The notes beneath the pieces were generated by a model. It was not told where the DNA came from. It saw nothing but the letters and a program-made list of their open reading frames with translations, and made no database searches. Shown here one piece after another: positions 1-8,300 of a stretch of DNA of 64,000 nt. The position numbers were made by a program, and so were the translations under genes. The stretch's first letter is position 1. Every line of letters begins with the position of its first letter. Source of the DNA: Lepidodermella squamata (lineage: Eukaryota; Animalia; Gastrotricha); NCBI GenBank assembly GCA_047495785.1, contig JBLDXI010000025.1, positions 2,415,063-2,479,062 on the forward strand. Direction: 5' to 3'.

Positions 1-878
1 ACAGAAAAAGTCGGTTTGTATAGTAAATTCTTGCGCTTTTCAAGCATCAATTGATCTCTTTTTCCAAAAACATTATTGTAAGCAACCAAATTTATAGGAT
101 CTTCTGGGGAAGCTAGCCATAATTCTAACGGGGCAACCCTAGTGCTGCGATTTTTCATTTGATTGTAAGACGCTAAGAAAAAAGGTAAGTAATCGATGTA
201 ACGCAGCGTATGATTTGCAATTTGATGCCTCGAAATAGTTCTACGAAGCCAACGGTTGAAAATTTCTATGGGTGAACACTTGAACATGGAGGTTGTAGTG
301 TAATAATAAACATTGAATTTTTTAAATATTTTTTTAGCTTCTTTGTTGATAAATTCTCCGCCAGAATCTGTAGTGAAAGAGCGGCAACGCAAATCAGGTG
401 TTAGGCTGCTCAAAAAATTACTGATCTTCTCAGCAGTGTAATTTCCTTCTTTGTTAAGTAAGGGAATACAGAAAGCATAACGCGTAAAACAGTCTTTGAT
501 TGTAAGTAAATAGCGGGTTCCATCATTATCTTGGCTTGAATCTTGAACTTCAAGAAGATCACCTAGAAAGAGGTCACTTCTAGCATAAACTTCATATTGC
601 ATGAATTGCTTCCGGTTTCTTACACTTAGTGGTTTATATAATGAATATGTTCGATCATGGCTCATAATCTCAGCTAGTTTTTTATGAGTAAGGGAATTTC
701 TCAGCTCTAAGGGTAATGTAGCTTTAAGTGTTGAGTATAATCTGCGCAGGCCTTGAAATGATCCAACATGTTTCGGATCATTATAGAAGCTCAAAACAAA
801 CGATTTCAAGTCTGACCTGTGGTTTATTTTAGCATCTCCTTCAGCTAGACGTCTCGCATTGTGTTTATTACGTGGCAT
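1..878 (-). CDS. Polinton/Maverick retroviral-like (c-)integrase, 3'-truncated by the window edge
   Basis: Manual translation from ATG 878 is open to the window edge: MPRNKH...FYNDPKHVGSFQGLRRL...YSLYKP...DLFLGDLLE...DNDGTRYLLTIKDCFTRYAFCIPL...TTDSGGEF...KCSPIEIFNRW...YNQMKNRSTRVAP. This gives a DDE triad (GDL, TDSG, PIE) and the YxDP..GSF.G N-terminal motif of Polinton integrases. Absent from the ORF track because there is no stop in the window. Confidence 0.93.
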   Translation of the reverse strand, partial: MPRNKHNARRLAEGDAKINHRSDLKSFVLSFYNDPKHVGSFQGLRRLYSTLKATLPLELRNSLTHKKLAEIMSHDRTYSLYKPLSVRNRKQFMQYEVYARSDLFLGDLLEVQDSSQDNDGTRYLLTIKDCFTRYAFCIPLLNKEGNYTAEKISNFLSSLTPDLRCRSFTTDSGGEFINKEAKKIFKKFNVYYYTTTSMFKCSPIEIFNRWLRRTISRHQIANHTLRYIDYLPFFLASYNQMKNRSTRVAPLELWLASPEDPINLVAYNNVFGKRDQLMLEKRKNLLYKPTFS

Positions 879-881
879 GAC

Positions 882-1151
882 CTAATTCTTCTTTATAGCT
901 AATTTACGGCAAGTAGGGACAACCGAACAATTAGCCATGTGGCTAAATAAATCACCGTTTAAGTGGAATAATAAATCATTTATATTATATAACATCCGCT
1001 CAGTAGACTCGACAAGTTGCCGCAGGTGAAGGAGTTCGGCTTGAGTATTGCGAACTTCCATAACAGCGAAAAAGCTGATTAAAATGGTAACCAGGGATAG
1101 CAGCAATAGGATCGGTAAAACAGCACGCGGAATATCTGTTGTTTGATGCAT
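882..1151 (-). CDS. Small element-encoded membrane protein (one TM helix plus a heptad-like segment), unknown function
   Basis: 89 aa. Hydrophobic LPILLLLSLVTILISFFAV is followed by an amphipathic stretch. The stop codon lies 3 nt before the integrase ATG. Confidence 0.55.
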   Translation of the reverse strand: MHQTTDIPRAVLPILLLLSLVTILISFFAVMEVRNTQAELLHLRQLVESTERMLYNINDLLFHLNGDLFSHMANCSVVPTCRKLAIKKN

Positions 1152-1315
1152 AATAAATTACGAAGACTTTAAAAACGGGGAAATTTACCGATAGCCATAT
1201 TTTTATTTCTGCTGCGAATTTTGAAAATTGATAGATAATGATGAAAGTAGAAATAATGATTTTAGCTTAAAAAAAGACGGCACGCGATTAATCTTCCCTC
1301 ATTCATTAAATCATT

Positions 1316-1915
1316 TTATTGTTGTTTGATATACAGAAAAAAAGGCGCCAATTTAACAAATGCTATTTTTATAAGAGATAACGAAAAACAGCCGCTCATA
1401 ATCATTTTTCCAGTGTGAAACAGTGTGGCAGATACATTTAACTTTGGTTCATTTTCATTAGTGCTGACTTTGGAGAAAACACGTATACGCAACCCAGGAA
1501 AAAATTCTGGTTGGTAAACGCATATTTTAGGAAATTGAAAAGCTAGCAGGCTAAGATTGACAGTTTTATGTAAATCGTAGAACAATACTATATTAGTAAT
1601 TATTGGGTCACGGATTATCAACCGTCGATTAACAATTTTTCTGAGTGTAGCTTGAAGAACTCCAAAAGCAGTAACACAATTCGAGGCTGTTTTGGTACCA
1701 CTACAAATTATAGCTCCGGATGAAAATAATAAAAACGTCGCGTTAAAAGCAGGTACTTTATAGAACAAAGCACTCGACATTTTTTTTGGGTTATATTTTG
1801 CACAAGGTAAAATTAGGGCTAGACTATCTAAATTAAATAGAAAATTTGACCTTGATTTAGCCATAATATTTGAAATAGAGTAATCAATATCATATTGTAT
1901 ATTATTTACTTCCAT
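1316..1915 (-). CDS. Divergent TATA-box-binding protein (TBP) homologue encoded by the Polinton
   Basis: Both TBP core repeats are recognisable: SNIMAK..NLDSLA..AKYNPKKMSSA..TFLLFSSGAIICSGTK and TNIV..NLSLLA..YQPEFFPGL..TLFHTGKMIMSG. Canonical TBP has EYNPKRFAA, IFSSGKMVCTGAK, YEPELFPGL and IFVSGKVVLTG. Intronless. The first in-frame ATG is at 1915 and the frame is open to ~2135. Confidence 0.9.
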   Translation of the reverse strand: MEVNNIQYDIDYSISNIMAKSRSNFLFNLDSLALILPCAKYNPKKMSSALFYKVPAFNATFLLFSSGAIICSGTKTASNCVTAFGVLQATLRKIVNRRLIIRDPIITNIVLFYDLHKTVNLSLLAFQFPKICVYQPEFFPGLRIRVFSKVSTNENEPKLNVSATLFHTGKMIMSGCFSLSLIKIAFVKLAPFFLYIKQQ

Positions 1916-1998
1916 ATTTAATGGTGGGGATTTCAATAGAAAAAAAGGTTCAGTGCTAGATTGTAGCTTTAAATCAACAGGATAGGATATAGTCAAAT

Positions 1999-2427
1999 TT
2001 ATGATCGTGGTCGACTGTGATGCGGCTGATTGAAGGCTTGTAACATACTTGATTTCAGCTGTTTCTGTTTGAACTTTGCGATAGGTTGAGGGCAAATCAT
2101 GACCAAAAAAGAGGCGACAGAATCTTGCTTTCGTGACTCATGATTGGTAATTGGAACAGCTGGTTTATTTTTCGCCTTGCATGGCGTTTTCGCCGATTTA
2201 GCAACTGATTTCTTCTCAGTACCTATGACTTTTTTCTGAATTTTATGTTTAGCATTGCGTTTCGGTTGATTACGAACCGCAGTTTTTGCTAATCTAGAGG
2301 CTGATGTTTGTTCAACAGGTTCCTTGGTAAACGTACTCGTATTCGGTTCATTCAGGTTTATTGGTACGAAATCATTGTTAGAAAAAAACAATGGAGAAGC
2401 CGGAGATGAATTGAAGAAAGCTTCCAT
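1999..2427 (-). CDS. Lys-rich low-complexity ORF; possibly the N-terminal extension of the TBP-like gene via frameshift or splicing
   Basis: ATG at 2427 (MEAFFNSS...). Basic KRNAKHKIQKK..KKSVAKSAKTPCKAKNK segment. Overlaps the open TBP frame across a T6 run (2105-2110). Confidence 0.5.
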   Translation of the reverse strand: MEAFFNSSPASPLFFSNNDFVPINLNEPNTSTFTKEPVEQTSASRLAKTAVRNQPKRNAKHKIQKKVIGTEKKSVAKSAKTPCKAKNKPAVPITNHESRKQDSVASFLVMICPQPIAKFKQKQLKSSMLQAFNQPHHSRPRS

Positions 2428-2595
2428 AAATTCAGTAAGAAGAATAATATTCAAAGTTCTTGCGTTTGAAATGAAAAATGATCGAATGACGGAAGCCGGC
2501 CGCGGTGATTGGTTGGAGTTGCTGAGCCCCAGAACCTTCTGATTAGGAATGAATAAATAACAAAGGCATTATATAAATAAAATAAACTGACCAAA

Positions 2596-3402
2596 TTAGG
2601 TCGAAGAGCTGTTGTTGAAAGGTAAGACGGTAGCGACAGGTTGTAGTGCGATGGAGCGTTGCATGATGCCCGGCCATTTACTATTCGCACCTTCCTGCTG
2701 ACCATTAAGAACATCGATGACTGATGCCCATGGAATTTTCTGAGCGTGTTGATAGGGTGGAGGTACGACGTTCTGCATTTCTACTGAGACCCTACGACCT
2801 GCCCGAAGTAAAAGGTAGAATATGTGCCGCAGGTTTACGCTGACACCATTAAAGTTTTTTAACAAATCGTAAAATAAATGTTGGATGTAGATATATCGGC
2901 CTTCGGTGTAGGTAGGGTGTGCCGTTAGGCCATACCAGAAACTTTCTTCCAGGCCAGACACAATAATAGGGTTAGGGCTATCGTCGAGGCAATCATCCAA
3001 AAGGTAATCACTTTCAGTAAAAATAATTGAGTGACAAATGGACGACCATAAATCATCCTGGCGAACAAGGAGCGTGGTAGTATCATTTAGGATGCTCTTC
3101 CATAAATCATGCCCAACGATGGAAGCACAGGTAGCTAAATTATATTCGGCAAAATGTTGAAAATTCGTGCCATCGTGGGTTGATGGGAAGAGACGAGCAA
3201 CGGCTCTTTTGTAGCCGAGATAAACATGATCGATAGTAATATGTTGGCCTTTCGAGTTGGCAATCAAATCGAATATGGCGACTTCAGCGAATGTAATGCG
3301 TCCAGAGAGGGTATTTAGTGATATATTTAATGATTTCGGAGGAAAAAGTAAATCTTCTCGGTAGAAAATCGCTTCATAAGATTCATCATAGCCAATAATC
3401 AT
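2596..3402 (-). CDS. Orphan element-encoded protein, 268 aa
   Basis: Long intronless ATG-initiated ORF in AT-rich DNA, co-oriented with the integrase and TBP-like genes. No family recognised. Confidence 0.65.
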   Translation of the reverse strand: MIIGYDESYEAIFYREDLLFPPKSLNISLNTLSGRITFAEVAIFDLIANSKGQHITIDHVYLGYKRAVARLFPSTHDGTNFQHFAEYNLATCASIVGHDLWKSILNDTTTLLVRQDDLWSSICHSIIFTESDYLLDDCLDDSPNPIIVSGLEESFWYGLTAHPTYTEGRYIYIQHLFYDLLKNFNGVSVNLRHIFYLLLRAGRRVSVEMQNVVPPPYQHAQKIPWASVIDVLNGQQEGANSKWPGIMQRSIALQPVATVLPFNNSSST

Positions 3403-3478
3403 AGCAACTTATTTGACCTTGCTATCCCTACCTTAATCTTTGCTTTTATTCGATTTTCCTTGAGTAAAAAAATGTTTC

Positions 3479-3727
3479 TTATATTTTTTAGATTACAGTT
3501 AAGTTGGATTGATAGGAGAAAGTAAAGTTTATTTACAAAACAAGTTAATGGACATATCAGGAAAGAAAGGAGTATTTATAAATGCTAATGGCCAAAGTAA
3601 AAAATATTTATTATATTTTAGATTAAAGTTAAGGGGGATTGATAGGAGAAAGTAATGTTTATTTACAAAAAAGGTTAATGGAAAGTAAGGTGTATTTATA
3701 TAAGCTAATGGACAAAGCAGGAAAAAA
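3479..3727. repeat. Two imperfect ~120-130-bp direct repeats, each with a TATA box, between divergent element ORFs
   Basis: ttatattttt(t)agatta..ggattgataggagaaagtaa..tttatttacaaaa..gttaatgga..gtatttata..gctaatgg occurs twice (from ~3479 and ~3611). TATAAATG is at 3577-3584 and TATATAAG at 3697-3704. Confidence 0.85.
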
Positions 3728-3855
3728 GATGAGCTAGCTTGAGTTCTTAGATTACTGTATCTAATCAAGTATCTTTTTGGAAACTAAGAAAATTGATGGA
3801 AGCAGAAGACATGTAAGTTTGGTTCTTTTTTAAAAAATCTTGAATAAATTCTGTT

Positions 3856-4071
3856 ATGTTTAGTCGTGAACGCTTATATCAAGCACTGCTAAGCATTGAC
3901 CATCTGCAACGAGCAATGACAGCAGCTATAAACGAAATGTTGAACACACAATTGGAGGTTGAACAATTGATCAATGATGCATCACGATTTATGATAGCAA
4001 CTCGAGCAAGAGATCAGGCATGCAGCCTAGATTGTGGTGATTGGAATTGTAATTACTGTTACAAAGATTGA
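3856..4071 (+). CDS. Small element ORF with a helical body and C-terminal Cys cluster (CSLDCGDWNCNYC)
   Basis: 71 aa with ATG start. AATAAA lies just after the stop (4081). The Cys cluster is a possible Zn-binding tail. Confidence 0.5.
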   Translation: MFSRERLYQALLSIDHLQRAMTAAINEMLNTQLEVEQLINDASRFMIATRARDQACSLDCGDWNCNYCYKD

Positions 4072-4237
4072 AAAATTAAAAATAAATTATCATGTGTGCA
4101 TTTTTTATATTACAAATTAATTCCCAGAAAGAATGCAAAAGCATGACTCATAATAGTTTTAGAAAAAAAGTATGCCCGCTGTATATTTTATCATAAACAT
4201 TGCGTACATTTATGGGGCAATGGATAAAACGCACTTA

Positions 4238-4437
4238 TATATTTATGTGAAACGGTTATAGTAAAAATGACCGTAGTGCTATTACTGATACAACGCTCGT
4301 ATATTTATGCCAAATGGCTATAGTAAAAATCGCCGTACTGCCATTACTGATCCCAAATTGCGTATATTTATACCAAACGGCTATAGTAAAAATCGCCGTA
4401 CTGCCATTACTGATCCAAAGTTCCCATCCTTACTACT
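4238..4437. repeat. Polinton terminal (TIR) region: three ~62-bp tandem units ending in ACTACT
   Basis: Unit consensus gtatatttat.ccaaa.ggctatagtaaaaatcgccgtactgccattactgatcc. Units 2 and 3 are nearly identical and unit 1 is diverged. Confidence 0.9.
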
Positions 4438-5339
4438 CAAGAGTTCGCTTTCTGTCGGGCGTGCGATATTTATTAGAGGCGATAGCGCGGTCTCTTATAC
4501 GCGAAGATGACGCGCGGTGTCATGATGTCGGTCGTCAAATCACCGGAAGCGCCTGCTCTGTATTTTGCTGCCCAGTTATGTTTTCATTCATTCATTCCTT
4601 CATTTATTCATTCATCACCATCGGCGCGGGATTTCTAATCGAAAATCGCGCCAGGCCACCCACCCGCCCGGCCGCGGCCGGCAATCTAAATTCTGTGCGG
4701 CACAAACGTGGCGCGCCGGTTTGCCGGCGTTTGGCTTGTTGCCGTTTTTGTTGTTGAAACGCCTTGTTGAAACATTAATGCCAACCGCTTGACCTCATCA
4801 GTTTTTGTAGCAATATCGGTTCAGTAGGATGACACCAGGGCCGACGCTACCCGGTCTGGTTGCGATGGCGTCATTATTTTCCGACACCCGTTTTTAACTA
4901 CTATGCCCTATGTCCGGATCCGCGACGGCCGTGATTACGCCTCTAATAAATTTCAACATAGTTCATTTCGCGGCATTAGTTGATAGTATAAATAATTAGG
5001 GTCTTCACGCGCGCGCGCCTATCTCGCATGTCAATTATTACATTTCCGCACCACCATATTATCTCCGCTGCTATTGTCTCTCAACGAGTCGTCGCCGTCG
5101 ATGCGTCGCGCCCCCCGAAATAAACAATAAGCAATAAGCAACAAAGGTCGAGTGGGTTTTATAGTATCCTAGAATCTGTCGTAAATATCGGCAAATTCTT
5201 AAATTGAATAAATATTATACAAAATTGTTACTTTTCACAATCTAGAATATTTCGATGTGATTTTCTGGTTTTTTCGAATGTACGAACTGGTTTACTGTTG
5301 TCGTCGCAATCGCTCGATCATTTCTATTTACCGAGCCAA

Positions 5340-8300
5340 ATGGCGAACACGATAATCAATTACACACAAACGATGACTCGCCTATCATTCATTTTAACGC
5401 TCGTCCTTCTTCCAGGTGAGCTGATTTTTTTATTTAGGAGGATTAATAGTAATAATAATGATTAATTAAGAAAATTATTAAATTCGTCAAGAAGACTTTT
5501 CTCTCTTATTAAATTTTACCATTTTTTTCAGCTGTAACTGCGAGCGGTCATTATGCGATTTTAATTAACGGTAAAGTCCGATCAACAACCAATCCGCTGA
5601 CAATCAGCGAAGCTTTCGAGAAGGGTTTCTGTTTCGACGGCCCAACTCTATCGGTGAACGAGCCTTACGTGAAGCAATCCATGTCGACGCCATCGCCGAC
5701 CGCAGCGCCACCAGTCTACGTTTGGCGCTTTTTCGACCCGTTCGGCTCTCGCCACCTCACTTTCGAACAGCTGAACCACACGGCCGTGCACATATGCATA
5801 CGCGAACCGGTCAACATCGAAGAGTACCGCACGCATAAAATCCCTTCAATCAACTTTGGTGTTGCTGCTGCTCATCAATCAGACTCTGGCGGAGGCTACG
5901 TTACCCCTCATCTTCATTTTTTCAATCACTCAATAGCGCCGATCTGGCTGATCAATGTCAACGACGTCGCGCCTCGTTTTCTCGATTACAAAAGCGCCGG
6001 GGCTAACATATCAACAACGATCGCTCGCATCGACGAGGGTTCGTACGACTCGAAGTGCATTACAAGGTTCAGGGTGCTCGACGGTGACTTTTCTTCAATC
6101 AACGTCGAGATCAAAGTCACAATTTTATCCGTGAAACCACCCGTTGCCCCGGTTTATGTACCAGGGTCTTCCTTGCCAAGCTTCCGTGTCAACTGCAACG
6201 AGACAAAAACCGCATATGTCAGCCAGGAAGTGGTCTGCTGCCTGATTGTTTCGGGCGTGTTGGACTTTGAAGTTGTCCAGTCTTACGTTGTGGCACTGCA
6301 AGCTCAGGACGCTCGGGGCGGACCGGGCCAGTCCGGACTGACCGATTACCTCGACATTGTCGTGCTTGTTAACGACGTAGACGATGCGCCACCGGTATTT
6401 TCTCTCCCGATTTACACTGTGACGTTGCCCGAGGACGCGAAACCCTCCACCGAAGTCGTGCAATTAACGGCACGTGATGGCGACTACCTAATCAACAGCA
6501 CGCTGTTTTTCAGCATTATCAGCGTGAAAGGCAGTGAATCGCTCAAGTCTTACTTCGCCATTGACAGTAAAACCGGCCGCATCTGGCTGACAGCGGCGAT
6601 AGATCGCGAGTCGAGCGACATCCAACAGCTGCCTAACGGTGAGATACGGCTCGAAGTCGAAGCTCGGGAGATCAATAAGTCACCGCAAACAAAATCAGGC
6701 TACTCGTACAACGCGGCTTCGATTGCCACTGTCATCGTTAAAGTGGCAGACATTGACGACAACGATCCTGTTTTCTCGGCCAAAGTTTACGCCCTAACTG
6801 CAGTGTGGATTCCAGCAACTGGAAAATGGAACATAGTACCATCTGGCGACACAAGTATCCGAGTCACTGACATTGATGAAGTGCGTTCGAGTGTAGTTTG
6901 ACCATCTCATTATTTTTGGAATTTTTTAGGGTAGCAACTCGGTTTTCAAGCTCTCAATAGTTGCAAAAAATGGCCCGTCTCTGTTTAACGTGGTTCCACC
7001 GGTGGCTACTGGGACCACTTTAGTAGAACTGCTACCCACCACCAACAACACCCTGCTTCAGTCGTTGAGTGGTACAACGTGGACGGCCGAGTTGAAAGCT
7101 GAAGCTGTGTTCCCGGATGCGCGAGGTCAGCGGCGTTATTCCACGGCCGTTGTAAACATCGCCATCCAACCAGCCAACACCGAGGCACCGCGTTTCGAGA
7201 AGAAGTCCTACACCTTCGAGGTGATGGAAAATGCCGAGCAAGGCCTTTTCGTCGGAAAGATTGGCGTAATTTATTTTTTATAGATTTATTTTGAAAATTT
7301 CGAATGATGAAAATTATTACAGGCAATCGATACTGATCCTGATCGTTTCGGCGTGATTACCTACTCGATTTCGACTTCAAATATCGCTAATTCTGAGGGT
7401 GGAGCTATGCAACATCTGGCGCTACCATTCGACCTCGACCCTCTTACTGGATCCTTGACTGTCAGTGTTGGCGTTGGCCGGCAAGCTCTCGACCGCGAGA
7501 TGACATCCGAATTTCTACTTTTCGTCAGCGCCGTCGACGGCGGCGGGCTGTCTGATAGCGCTGTTGTTCGCATTAAGCTGCTCGATGTCAATGACAACGG
7601 TCCGACTTTTCTGCCCACTAGCTGCTCCGTTGCAACCGTAGCTGAAGAGACGCTAGGCGTTGTTCCCAACTGCGTTTTCCAGGTGCATGACCCTGACACG
7701 TCGCCTAACAACGACTCGGTGGTCCAGATCACAAGTGTCGACCTGTTGCTAAACGTTGCGTCGACCAGCGAAATTCCTGACCAACCACCGGCTGCTAAAC
7801 TAGCTTTTCTCACGAAAGACAAATTTCGGCTCAATCGCCATTTCGATAATTCGGGCAGCGCCAAGTGGGTGCTGCAACTTGTCAGTAGCGTCGACGTCGA
7901 TAAGGTACCAACTGTTAACTTTCTTGTTTTATTCAAGTTTTTGCTTTATTATTTTCCAGCTTCGGAGCCATTTGCCAAACGGGGCGAGTGGAGGGGTTAC
8001 TGTCATCATTGGACTGCGTGCCGAGGACGCGAATGCCGCCTACCACCAGACGTCATTCTATTCCGATACAACTCTGCGTTTGACTTTTACGGACATTAAT
8101 GACAACGCGCCCGAGTGTTACTCGACCAACGCAGTCGATGCATCGCGCAACTACGGCGGCATGTACTTTGAGGTGTACGAAAACGCAACTATCAGCGATT
8201 CATTGGCGCAAATTTCGGCGAGTGACAACGACGAGCCGTACACAGTCAACTCGCGGATCGTTTACAGCTGGAGCGCGTCCGAAATGCTTATTGGAAATTT

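Larger units (their letters stand above)
1..4437 (-). mobile_element. Polinton/Maverick element, terminal part (continues beyond the window start)
   Basis: Plus strand ends ...ccttACTACT at 4432-4437 (5'-AGTAGT on minus, the typical Polinton terminus). Subterminal tandem repeats lie at 4238-4419. Dense intronless AT-rich ORFs include a Polinton-type c-integrase. Composition changes abruptly to GC-richer host sequence after 4437. Predicted 6-bp TSD is CAAGAG (4438-4443). Confidence 0.88.

Noticed and set aside
1316-2095. Host TBP/TRF2 gene
   Set aside because: Too divergent for the highly conserved host TBP, intronless, AT-rich and embedded between the integrase and the element terminus.
4238-4419. 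Regular repeats resembling a CRISPR array
   Set aside because: Units are contiguous tandem copies without unique spacers, the context is eukaryotic, and they are explained as Polinton subterminal repeats.
4307-4792. ORFs spanning the element terminus
   Set aside because: They are translations of the tandem repeat and TTCA microsatellite and cross the element/host boundary.
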